IMG/VR virus record: IMGVR_UViG_3300009506_000084
Location: 195 to 64,194 of that record
Strand: one strand, 5' to 3'
Source of the DNA: a virus
Lineage: Duplodnaviria; Caudoviricetes
Length of the DNA stretch: 64,000 bases
Part shown: in pieces, positions 1-8,593 of the stretch
Numbering within the stretch: the stretch's first letter is position 1
Layout of the letters: each line of letters opens with the position of its first letter
Position numbers and translations under genes: made by a program
Notes under the pieces: generated by a model
Seen by the model: the letters and a program-made list of their open reading frames with translations, nothing else
Databases searched by the model: none
Told to the model about the DNA's origin: nothing

Positions 1-59
1 ACGAGCCGAAAGACGGCGTGTTTGTCAAACCTGAAAAGAAAAAGTAAACATAATTATGT

Positions 60-905
60 TTGTCAAGACCCCATGCCAAGGACGATAACCCCATGCCAGA
101 GCTTACACCAGAGGCTGGTAGGGCCTATGTCAAGCAGGAGCAGGCCGCAGGGCGTGACCCCTTTCGTGTGGGGCAGCGCAACGCCAGCGGGCGGCAAGTC
201 TGTGGAGCAAAAGGGAAGCGAAAACAAGCCCCATGCACACAAGTTATCATCTGTCCAAACGGGCGTTGTCGGATGCACGGCGGCACATCCCTAAGTGGGG
301 TGGCATCGCCAAGCTACAAACACGGTCGGTACTCAAAGGTCATGCCGGGCCGGTTGGCGGAGCGATATCACGCATCGCTGACCGATTCGGAGCTTTTGGC
401 GATGAGGGACGACATCAGCCTGGTAGATACCCGCATTGCCGAGCTATTGGGTCTACTCGACCGGACCAGGGAATCAGGCCAATTGTGGAAAGAGGTCAAC
501 CAGTATCGCCTGGATTTCCTGGCTGCCCAACGCACCCACGACGACAAGCAGATTGCGACGGCGCTGAACCGTATGTTGACGGCCATTGCCCTGGGCGCTG
601 CCGATTTCCAGCGATGGGCAGAGATTGTCGACCTGTTGGAGCGCCGTCGCAAGCTGGTGGAAAGCGAACAAAAACGGCTGGTTGCCATGCAGCAAATGGT
701 GACCGCGGAACAGGCCATGACCCTGGTTTCGGCGCTCTCCAATTCGCTGCGTACCCGCGTTGCGGAAATGGTTGAGCCTGATGCAGGACAGCTATTACTC
801 GCCGCGGTCCAAAGAGACCTTATTTCAATCCTTAGCAGTGGAGTTGGGCAGGCAGCTAACGGAGGAACCGCTCAATCTCTGGCCCCCGGTCTACGTCAAT
901 CGTGA
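60..905 (+). CDS. Terminase small subunit-like protein with HGGxSTG-type Cys/His motif
   Basis: CGAKGKRKQAPC...NGRCRMHGGTS motif, helical C-terminus, directly upstream of the large terminase. Confidence 0.7.
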   Translation: MSRPHAKDDNPMPELTPEAGRAYVKQEQAAGRDPFRVGQRNASGRQVCGAKGKRKQAPCTQVIICPNGRCRMHGGTSLSGVASPSYKHGRYSKVMPGRLAERYHASLTDSELLAMRDDISLVDTRIAELLGLLDRTRESGQLWKEVNQYRLDFLAAQRTHDDKQIATALNRMLTAIALGAADFQRWAEIVDLLERRRKLVESEQKRLVAMQQMVTAEQAMTLVSALSNSLRTRVAEMVEPDAGQLLLAAVQRDLISILSSGVGQAANGGTAQSLAPGLRQS

Positions 906-2247
906 GACAGGTAAGCGGTACGAACCTCACAATGAGGATGAGCGGCTCTTTGTTTTTCGGGATGTTCCCCGCGTTGCGCTGCTAAAAGGTGGGGAGGGTG
1001 GCGGCAAATCGGTCGCGGGCATAATCAAGAATTTGAACCGCTTAAGGCGAGGCATGACGGGAGCCATGGTCAGCCCCGACCTGGAGCACTTCAAAAAGAG
1101 CCTGTGGCCTGAATTCAAGCGATGGTGCCCCTGGGAAGCGGTCATCCCGCAACACCAGCACCGACGTGGCGAACACTGGGTGCCGGACAGGGCCTTTGTG
1201 CTGACCTTTCGCAGCGAATTGGGCCGGTATGTCAACCTCTATTGTGGCGGGGCCAAGGAAAGCGAAATCGGGTCGTGGGAAGGGCCAAACCTCTCATTCA
1301 TTCACTTCGATGAGGCCCGCAGGCACAAGACCCCGTCGGCCCTAAAGGTGTTCATGGGCCGGACCCGTATCCCAGGCCCCAAGGGGGAACCGCCCCAACT
1401 GTACTTTACCACGACCCCGCGCAAACACTGGCTTTTTGACTATTTCGGCGGGATTGTATTGGACAACCTGGTCGATGTCGAACCCAACGATGAACACCTG
1501 GACTTCAAGCGCATGGCCTTTGTGGGGACCATCCCCGTCTATTTGAACATTGACAACCTAGACCCCAACTATCTCAGCGAAAGGGCGCTCTCCCTGACAT
1601 CCAAAGAGAAGCGAGTCATCATGGATGCAGAATGGGAGGATGAGGAAGATACGCAGAAGTTTGTCAATTTGGCCTGGTGGAACGCCTGTCAAGAGACAAG
1701 CCGGGCATGGCCGCGCAATCAATCGACCATCATTGCCGTGGACGCGGCGACCGGCGGGGCGACCAGTACCCCGGACTGTTTTGCGGTAGTTGCGGTCACC
1801 CGCCATCCTGACCGGCCCAAGGACGTCATGGTGCGCTACTGTGGTATTTGGCATCCGCCCCCAGGCGGTGAGCTTGATTTTGAAGGGCCGCTGAACGAAA
1901 TTCGGCGCCTGTGTCGGGAATTCGCCGTGATTGAGGTCGCTTACGACAAGACACAGCTACACAGCGACATGGCCCGGTTAAGAAAAGAGGGCATCGTTCA
2001 CGTCAGGGAATTCCCACAGACGGAGGCCCGGTTGGTGGCCGACCGGGGTCTGCAACGGCTCATCATGGAACGGCGCATTGCCCATGACGGAAATCCGCTG
2101 TTGCGACAACACATTGATAATGCTGACTTCAAAAAGGTGAGAGAAGATGGAATCCGAATGGTCAAACGAAGCGAAAGCCAGAAAATCGACGCCGCCGTCG
2201 CCCTCAGCATGGCCGCCGACCGATGCCTCTATTACAACATCTGGTAG
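760..2247 (+). CDS. terL: Terminase large subunit (start uncertain, alternative ATG at 781)
   Basis: Walker A GGEGGGKS, Walker B FIHFDEA, coupling motif TTTP, RNase H-like nuclease IIAVDAA...KIDAAVALSMA. Confidence 0.93.
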   Translation: MRKWLSLMQDSYYSPRSKETLFQSLAVELGRQLTEEPLNLWPPVYVNRETGKRYEPHNEDERLFVFRDVPRVALLKGGEGGGKSVAGIIKNLNRLRRGMTGAMVSPDLEHFKKSLWPEFKRWCPWEAVIPQHQHRRGEHWVPDRAFVLTFRSELGRYVNLYCGGAKESEIGSWEGPNLSFIHFDEARRHKTPSALKVFMGRTRIPGPKGEPPQLYFTTTPRKHWLFDYFGGIVLDNLVDVEPNDEHLDFKRMAFVGTIPVYLNIDNLDPNYLSERALSLTSKEKRVIMDAEWEDEEDTQKFVNLAWWNACQETSRAWPRNQSTIIAVDAATGGATSTPDCFAVVAVTRHPDRPKDVMVRYCGIWHPPPGGELDFEGPLNEIRRLCREFAVIEVAYDKTQLHSDMARLRKEGIVHVREFPQTEARLVADRGLQRLIMERRIAHDGNPLLRQHIDNADFKKVREDGIRMVKRSESQKIDAAVALSMAADRCLYYNIW

Positions 2248-2566
2248 TTTTTGGGACCGGGTCAAGGCTTGGTGGGAGCGGCGCAAGCTAAGAATGCAAG
2301 ATTGGCCTCCGTCGCGGGTTATTCCAACGTATCGGGAAGACCCACTTGCGCCGCCGGAGATATGGGGCATCCTGGTCAACGGCGATATGTGGTTGCGTGA
2401 CAGAGAAGGCGTCGTGTGGTCGTTCTGGCGGGAGGACATGGAGGGTTACTGCGTCACCTGCCCCAACTATGAGGTCCGGCCTATCCCTGACGACGTGCTG
2501 CCGAGCGTGCCGCTGGCGCTGATGGCGCTGATGGGCTATGAATGGTTGAGAAAACGACGGAGGTAG
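2147..2566 (+). CDS. Hypothetical protein (start uncertain)
   Basis: ORF filling the gap between terL and the promoter; Trp-rich, CxxC near the C-terminus. Confidence 0.4.
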   Translation: MESEWSNEAKARKSTPPSPSAWPPTDASITTSGSFWDRVKAWWERRKLRMQDWPPSRVIPTYREDPLAPPEIWGILVNGDMWLRDREGVVWSFWREDMEGYCVTCPNYEVRPIPDDVLPSVPLALMALMGYEWLRKRRR

Positions 2567-2567
2567 T

Positions 2568-2596
2568 TTGCAGGGGGGCCGGGTTCATGGTATAAT
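2568..2596 (+). promoter_or_regulatory. Sigma70-type promoter with extended -10
   Basis: TTGCAG (2568-2573), 17 nt spacer, TGgTATAAT (TATAAT 2591-2596); intergenic. Confidence 0.7.
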
Positions 2597-2627
2597 GTGA
2601 ACGTGGTTTGGCTATGCCGGGAGGTAG

Positions 2628-2660
2628 GCCGTTCCCAGTAATTGGGGACGGCTTCTTTTT
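2628..2660 (+). terminator. Intrinsic terminator between promoter and portal gene
   Basis: GCCGTTCCCA-gtaat-TGGGGACGGC 10-bp stem (one G:U) followed by TTCTTTTT. Confidence 0.7.
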
Positions 2661-2666
2661 GTCTAT

Positions 2667-4853
2667 ATGGCAACGATACAGGAACAACTCACAGACGAAC
2701 AGCAAGAGCAACTGGCAGACGGCCAGAAATCGGTCGAAGACGCCCGCAAATACTCCTTGCAGCCCAGGGCCGAAGGAGGCGGTGGCAGCCTGACCGGCTG
2801 GTGGTTCTTCCGGCGCGAATCGGAGTGGGACGTAGCGCCGTGGTGGTCTGAGGAACGCGACCGGGACTTGAGGGAGTTTGCCAAGCGAGAAGGGAACGAC
2901 ATCCTCTCCGGGGCCGTCAGCAGCATGGTCAAGAAGTTCAAGGCCATGAGCTGGAAGCTAGAAGGGCCGGAGAAGCCGGTATCCGACATGCAACAGATTC
3001 TGGCGGAGGCCGAGTTCGGGCAAGGGTGGGGTTCTCTGATTTCCCTGGTGGTGGAAGACTACTGCACCCAGGATAAAGGCGCGTTCATTGAACTCATCGG
3101 CCCCGGCGACCCGGACAAGGAAATGAAAGGGTTGCCCGTCGGCCTGGCCCACCTGGACGCGGGCCAGTGCCAGCTTACGGGGGATACCGAATACCCGGTC
3201 ATCTACCGGGGGGCCAAGGACGGCAAGGCACACAAAATCCACGACAGCCGGGTTATCCATTTGGTCGACATGAAAAGCCCGCAACAGGCTATGAACGGCG
3301 TCGGGTTCTGCGCGGTCAGCCGGGTCCTTGCCAGCAGCGAAATCCTGTTGATGTTGAGCCAGTACCGGCGCGAAAAGCTGGAAGACCAGCCGCAAGCGGG
3401 CCTGGTCCTGTTGCGGAACCTGCTCCCGTCACAGTGGGAGGATGTCAAGGCCGAGTACGAGCGAAATCGCCGCCAGATGGGGCAGGAGTTCTGGGCCAAC
3501 CTGATGGTCCTGACCAGCGCAGACCCGGAACGGCCCGTCGGCGCAGAACTCATCAGTTTTTCCCAACTGCCCGAAATGTGGGACGAACAGACAGTCATCA
3601 CGACCTACATCAACGTGGTGGCCCTGGCCTTTGGGGTCGATGCCAGGGAATTCTGGCCCATTTCGTCGGGGGCACTTGGCACCGCTGCCGAATCAAAGGT
3701 CATGCACCAGAAGGCCCGCGGCAAGGGCGTAGGCGACATTACCAGCAGCATAGAACGCGCCATTAACTGGAAAGTCCTGCCAAAGCGGGTCGAGTTCGCC
3801 TTTGACTTCCAGGACGACGAAGAAGACGACCTGCGGAGCCAGATTGAGGACCGCAAGGTTGGCACCATCATGAAGATGTGGACGCCGGAAGCGCCTGTGA
3901 CCACGGTTCAGGAAATCCGCAACATGCTGGCTGACCACACCGACTATTTTAAAGAGGACTTCCTAGAAACTGATATCACCCAGGAAACCGAAGTCACGGA
4001 CACGGAGCGGGACAAGTGGGGACCAATTGTCGTTATCGACCGCAAGGGAGAGAAGCGGCACAAGAAAGGCTACAAATTGGGGTCGGTGGCGGAAAGGTGG
4101 GGCTACAAGGCAAACCCTAGTCAGGCCCGCGTTCCCGCGGGCAGCCCTCAGGGTGGGCAATTTACCAGCGGTGGTGGTGGGGGTCTTGCCGGGTCCATTC
4201 GTCCCAATATGACGGTTGAGGAAAAGACCGACCGCAAAAAACAGCCCGTGGAAAAGGCCGTGGCCTACGGGTGGGAGGGAGCCAGGGGCGGGGTCGCCAG
4301 TATGGGCATCTACAATTACAACCAGGGAATGGACGACCTGGTCACCATATCCGAAGGGAGAGAGCTTAAGGCGATTTCGACCCTGAGTGTGACCCGGTGG
4401 GTCAATCCATACCCGGACGTGCAGGGCAATTATCGGGAAATCGGCTATCTTGCCACCAAAGAACGCGGTTATGGGCGGGCTATGATGGAAGCAGCCATGC
4501 AGGTTGCCAAGCGGGAAGGGCAAGGGGTCTTTTTGAAGTCTGTGGAAAAGGCGGTCGGGTTCTATGAGGCCATCGGCATGAAAAGGTCCACCCAGGAGCG
4601 GGTTTTCTACTTTACGCCAGAGGATGTTGCCAACCAGGTCAAGCAGGACATCGACGCATTGGAACCTGACGACGGGGTGTTCTGTGACGGAGAAGGCCGG
4701 TTGCAAGGGGAAAAACAGGGGACCGCAGCCCACGGCGACCCCTTGCCCAATTGGGAAGGGGAGGTCGAAATCACGCCAGAGCAGGTCGCGGAAGCGTTGA
4801 GGGATTGGGACAAAAAGGCCCCGCGTGGCTGGCAGGGCATTTTGGAGACGTGA
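2667..4853 (+). CDS. Portal protein with C-terminal extension (tag motif + GNAT acetyltransferase domain)
   Basis: Follows terL; portal-like features (VALAFGVDAREFW, IERAINWKVLP, FAFDFQD, TVQEIR); then WGYKANPSQARVPAGSPQGGQFTSGGGGG and GNAT motifs YLATKERGYGRAMM, AVGFYEAIGM. Confidence 0.85.
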   Translation: MATIQEQLTDEQQEQLADGQKSVEDARKYSLQPRAEGGGGSLTGWWFFRRESEWDVAPWWSEERDRDLREFAKREGNDILSGAVSSMVKKFKAMSWKLEGPEKPVSDMQQILAEAEFGQGWGSLISLVVEDYCTQDKGAFIELIGPGDPDKEMKGLPVGLAHLDAGQCQLTGDTEYPVIYRGAKDGKAHKIHDSRVIHLVDMKSPQQAMNGVGFCAVSRVLASSEILLMLSQYRREKLEDQPQAGLVLLRNLLPSQWEDVKAEYERNRRQMGQEFWANLMVLTSADPERPVGAELISFSQLPEMWDEQTVITTYINVVALAFGVDAREFWPISSGALGTAAESKVMHQKARGKGVGDITSSIERAINWKVLPKRVEFAFDFQDDEEDDLRSQIEDRKVGTIMKMWTPEAPVTTVQEIRNMLADHTDYFKEDFLETDITQETEVTDTERDKWGPIVVIDRKGEKRHKKGYKLGSVAERWGYKANPSQARVPAGSPQGGQFTSGGGGGLAGSIRPNMTVEEKTDRKKQPVEKAVAYGWEGARGGVASMGIYNYNQGMDDLVTISEGRELKAISTLSVTRWVNPYPDVQGNYREIGYLATKERGYGRAMMEAAMQVAKREGQGVFLKSVEKAVGFYEAIGMKRSTQERVFYFTPEDVANQVKQDIDALEPDDGVFCDGEGRLQGEKQGTAAHGDPLPNWEGEVEITPEQVAEALRDWDKKAPRGWQGILET

Positions 4854-4854
4854 T

Positions 4855-5400
4855 ATGAACGAAGAACAGTATGAATGGACTTTGACCGAAGAAAAGGCAA
4901 ACCCGAACCAGCCCAGGGTTCCGGCGGGTTCTCCGCAAGGGGGCCAATTTGCCAGCACTGGCGGGGGCGGGGGTGCGGGTGCCACTGCGCCTTCTTCTGG
5001 TGGAACGACAGGGGTGGTGTCATACGAGACGCACCGGAATTTGTACAAGCCTGATTACAAGGTGGAGGATGGTTTTTATCGTCCAAACCAACCAATTAAA
5101 GTCTGGATGAGAAGCAAAGAAACGCGTCCAACCAACTATTGGGTAGGTGCCTCACGAATTCACCAACCTAATTTTACTGAGTACACCACAAAACCGGGAG
5201 ATACCATCATAAAGTGGCCCGGTGGCAATTTCGTCGTGCGCAAGGGGAACACAAATCGGGAGTCGATTGTGTTTGCCAGGAGCGACAAATCGCCATTTGA
5301 GCGCAGTTATGGTCCTGGTCCTGACCGCTACATTCCCGTTGGGGCCATGGATTATATTGGGAGGAATGCTCCCACCCCCGGCCTGGGTTCGTGGGAATAA
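4855..5400 (+). CDS. Tagged candidate effector, unknown domain
   Basis: N-terminus MNEEQYEWTLTEEKANPNQPRVPAGSPQGGQFASTGGGGG, then an unrecognised ~130 aa domain. Confidence 0.75.
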   Translation: MNEEQYEWTLTEEKANPNQPRVPAGSPQGGQFASTGGGGGAGATAPSSGGTTGVVSYETHRNLYKPDYKVEDGFYRPNQPIKVWMRSKETRPTNYWVGASRIHQPNFTEYTTKPGDTIIKWPGGNFVVRKGNTNRESIVFARSDKSPFERSYGPGPDRYIPVGAMDYIGRNAPTPGLGSWE

Positions 5401-5415
5401 AGTGGGAGACAGAGG

Positions 5416-6051
5416 GTGGATGAACTGGTCTGGACGCTCAAACGATACGACCCCAATCAGCCCAGGATACCCGCCGGACAGAGCGGTGGCGGTCAATGGA
5501 CCGGTGGGTCTGGGGTGCTGACCGATGCAGAGCAGACCGCGGTTCGCCTCTACACATCCCAGGCATACGGCGCAATTAACAGTGATTTGCGCCGCGGCAG
5601 AACTCTAAGTGACCGCAATCAGGAAATAGTCGACAACTTGGATTCAGCCATACGCAAGTCGAAGCTGGCTCAGGATACAACTGTGTTCAGGGGGGTGCCG
5701 CAAGGGCACTCTGCGGAAACCGTGCCGATTCGGCCCCTGGACGGTAAGAGAATTGTAGAAGGGGCAGAATTCATAGAAACCGCTTATTCCAGCACATCGC
5801 GAAGCCTGATGGTCGCATGGCAAGAGGGTACGCGCAAGGCAATACCCGGTGAAGGGGTCTATTTGTTGGAGATTCGGCTGAAAAAGGGGCAAAGCGCCCT
5901 TGATACGGGGCAACATTCTGCCTGGGGTGCTGAGGGGGAATTCCTGCTGCCCCGAAAGACAAAGTTTCGCATCGTTGAACGTGATTTTGATTACGGTCGG
6001 GAAGATGATGTCCGATTGGTCTTGGAAGCAGTAGGGGTGGAGGGTGGCTAA
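5416..6051 (+). CDS. Tagged ADP-ribosyltransferase (VIP2/C3-like, R-S-E)
   Basis: Leader MDELVWTLKRYDPNQPRIPAGQSGGGQWT; YTSQAYGAINSDLR, TVFRG, YSSTS, EGEFLLPR. Confidence 0.88.
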   Translation: MDELVWTLKRYDPNQPRIPAGQSGGGQWTGGSGVLTDAEQTAVRLYTSQAYGAINSDLRRGRTLSDRNQEIVDNLDSAIRKSKLAQDTTVFRGVPQGHSAETVPIRPLDGKRIVEGAEFIETAYSSTSRSLMVAWQEGTRKAIPGEGVYLLEIRLKKGQSALDTGQHSAWGAEGEFLLPRKTKFRIVERDFDYGREDDVRLVLEAVGVEGG

Positions 6052-6673
6052 GTGGTCGTGGCGTCCAAAGCTGGCACAATTCTGGAATCGCACGGTTGGC
6101 CGACTGGTTCCCCGGTTGCAGATTCGCCAGGTTGCCAACATTGTCATCGACGCGTCCCCGGTCAAGGCCTGGGCCGCGGATGTCGCCAGTGGCCGGGTCA
6201 GCGTCGAAAGCTGGCACCAGTTCATGCGAGACGAAATCCGCCGCAACTACATCCAGCAGTACCTGGCGGGCCGTGGTGGCATCGGCAAGATGACCTTCAA
6301 GGATTGGGGCAGCATCGGCGGCATGATTACCGACCAGTACCGGTATTTGGACAAGTTCGCCGGGGAGGTCGCCGCAAATGAGCTTGGACCCGGCACCATT
6401 GCCCGCCGAGCCGAAATGTACATCAACAGCAGCCGGGAGGCATACAGCCGGGCGGAAAAGAGGGCCGTTGAGGAATCAGAACTCAGGCGCAAGGAAGTCC
6501 GGTGGGTCGAAGACCCCGTGGCGGAGCACTGCACCGACTGTGACGGGCTGGTGCTGCTCGGCTGGCAGCCGATGGACCCGTGGCCGTTCAAGAGTGGCGG
6601 CAAGGACATCTATCCAGGCAGCGGCGATACCGTCTGCCTGACCAGTTGCAAGTGCCATCTGGAGTACCGGTAA
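6044..6673 (+). CDS. MuF-like / head morphogenesis (minor capsid) protein
   Basis: Position after portal; C-terminal VRW..EHCTDC...PGSGDTVCLTSCKCHLEY. Confidence 0.7.
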   Translation: MAKWSWRPKLAQFWNRTVGRLVPRLQIRQVANIVIDASPVKAWAADVASGRVSVESWHQFMRDEIRRNYIQQYLAGRGGIGKMTFKDWGSIGGMITDQYRYLDKFAGEVAANELGPGTIARRAEMYINSSREAYSRAEKRAVEESELRRKEVRWVEDPVAEHCTDCDGLVLLGWQPMDPWPFKSGGKDIYPGSGDTVCLTSCKCHLEYR

Positions 6674-6674
6674 G

Positions 6675-7343
6675 ATGCCGCTAGGCTCGACAAACAAGAC
6701 CAAACTTGAGGAAGTAGCGCACCCCGTCTGGACGTTGGGGGAGGACGGGGAGCCGTCGGGCGTGGAGGACAATCCCGTCTATGTCACGGGGGATGTCGTC
6801 ATCGGCGGGGAGGACGGCGACGCCTTTGGGCGTGACGAAACGACCGGGGCACTGGTCGCCATCCTGGTTCCTCACCATGAGATTCACGAAGGGGAGACAT
6901 ACCTTGTCAGCTACAAAACGCCAGACGGCGCACCGCTGGCCGACGATGGGACCATTGCCTTTGCCGTGACGGTCGCAGCCAGCCATGAGGCCCACATGCT
7001 TGCCAGTGGCGCGAACGGCGGCGACATGGAAGGGGAGCTGCGGGAAGGGGTAACGTGGACCGGGGGGACCGCGATGAACATCTTTAACAAGAAGCGCAGC
7101 GCATCAGGAGGGGCCACGGTAACGGTCGTGCGCGACCCGACCGTGACAGGCCCCGGAACGCTGATTGAAAATGAGTTCGTCCCCGGCGGGTCAGGGCCGC
7201 GGGCTGTTGGGGGCGCGGGAGGCCAGCGGGCAGAATGGATACTGGCACCAGGCCAGACCTACCTGTTTCGCATCACCAACCGGGCCGGGAACAACCAGCC
7301 TGCGTCACTATCGCTCGAATGGTACGAAGAAGGGGTGGCGTAG
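6675..7343 (+). CDS. Putative virion structural protein
   Basis: Gly/Thr-rich beta-type sequence, HHEIHEG motif, head-module location. Confidence 0.5.
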   Translation: MPLGSTNKTKLEEVAHPVWTLGEDGEPSGVEDNPVYVTGDVVIGGEDGDAFGRDETTGALVAILVPHHEIHEGETYLVSYKTPDGAPLADDGTIAFAVTVAASHEAHMLASGANGGDMEGELREGVTWTGGTAMNIFNKKRSASGGATVTVVRDPTVTGPGTLIENEFVPGGSGPRAVGGAGGQRAEWILAPGQTYLFRITNRAGNNQPASLSLEWYEEGVA

Positions 7344-7346
7344 AAA

Positions 7347-7895
7347 ATGCCGGTACCGATGTATGTGGTGGACGATGAGGGCAACGCGGTTCCCTGGGAT
7401 GGCAAGGTGACCCAGGAGGTCAAGGCAGACGTCAAGGTCACCCTGGCTGACGACCTGGGGCCAATTCATGAAAAACTGGACCAACTGGCAAGTAAGGAGC
7501 CGCGAATAGACCTCAGCGGCGTGCAGGATGAATTGACCGGGTTGCGTTTTGGCCTGGGGGCCGTTAACGAACAGATACAGGCCGTGGGGTCCGACCTTGA
7601 GGCGGCCAAGCGCCATCTTGCCGCGTTGCAGGCCAAGGAACCCGACCTGTCCGGCGTGACGTGCCAGATGGCCGCTATCGAACAGCGGCTTGCGATTTTG
7701 GAAGGAAAAGACCCTGACCTGACCAGCATCGGAGAGCCGGTTAGAGATATTGCCAAGACTTTAGGCGTGGTCCTTGAGGAAATGGGCGAACTGATGACGG
7801 CAATTGGGGAAATCATCGTGGCCGTGGACCAAGTCGGTCAAAGGGTAGACGAGTTCGGCAGGCCGTGGTGGAAACGGCAGAGGATGGATGAATAG
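7347..7895 (+). CDS. Coiled-coil protein with internal KEPxxDL(S/T) repeats
   Basis: SKEPRIDLSGV, AKEPDLSGV, GKDPDLTSI; heptad pattern. Confidence 0.5.
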   Translation: MPVPMYVVDDEGNAVPWDGKVTQEVKADVKVTLADDLGPIHEKLDQLASKEPRIDLSGVQDELTGLRFGLGAVNEQIQAVGSDLEAAKRHLAALQAKEPDLSGVTCQMAAIEQRLAILEGKDPDLTSIGEPVRDIAKTLGVVLEEMGELMTAIGEIIVAVDQVGQRVDEFGRPWWKRQRMDE

Positions 7896-7898
7896 GTC

Positions 7899-8150
7899 AT
7901 GGGCGCTCCTTGGCACAATCCGGTGAACGGGCTTGGATTTATAGGGCCGATGGGCTTGCAACGCAAGCCTGTTCGGGGAACGCAACTATTAGGAGAAGGG
8001 GCCGAGCCGGTCAACCCGGCAGACATGGACTGGTGGATTACACAGCGCATCCCGTTCTGGGTGGCGAACCCGGCCACCGGTAACACAGGGGACATGGAGG
8101 CGTGGGTGACGGACAGAATTTATCTTGACAACTGGGCAGGGGTACCATGA
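7899..8150 (+). CDS. Hypothetical protein
   Basis: Tightly packed ORF in the operon. Confidence 0.5.
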   Translation: MGAPWHNPVNGLGFIGPMGLQRKPVRGTQLLGEGAEPVNPADMDWWITQRIPFWVANPATGNTGDMEAWVTDRIYLDNWAGVP

Positions 8151-8593
8151 TGGACGTCTGGTTACTTTTGGGCGGCGTGCTTTTGGGCGTGTTGCTTGCC
8201 TGGTTTGTTTTCGTTGCCCGTCAAAAAGTCAAGGGAATCGCACAGGAACAAAAACAGGCGCGATTGCAGACCGTGTCGTCAGCGCAAAAGCACGGCCCAA
8301 GCTCCGTCCCGATGATATTCACGGATGGGGTTGAAAGCATCGGGGGCGTGAAGCGCATATTTCTACATCTTATTTTCTGCGACAACGAGGGTTGTGAATG
8401 GCAATATTTTGGCACAGACCCACAAGACAAGCCGCCGCCCGCCGGATGGGACCAATGGCCCATTGTGGAGAATTTATACATTCAGTTGCCGAACGACCTG
8501 GATGATTTGCCGAAGGAAGAAGGGGACCGGTTGTTGTATGACATGGCGCGATTGATAGCGGGCCGAAAAAGTGGTTGGGAATTGCCACAGTGA
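8147..8593 (+). CDS. Hypothetical protein with N-terminal transmembrane helix
   Basis: VWLLLGGVLLGVLLAWFVFVA; ATGA overlap with the previous gene. Confidence 0.55.
   Translation: MMDVWLLLGGVLLGVLLAWFVFVARQKVKGIAQEQKQARLQTVSSAQKHGPSSVPMIFTDGVESIGGVKRIFLHLIFCDNEGCEWQYFGTDPQDKPPPAGWDQWPIVENLYIQLPNDLDDLPKEEGDRLLYDMARLIAGRKSGWELPQ

Noticed and set aside
760-2247. Intein or intron in the terminase
   Set aside because: Normal length with continuous ATPase and nuclease motifs
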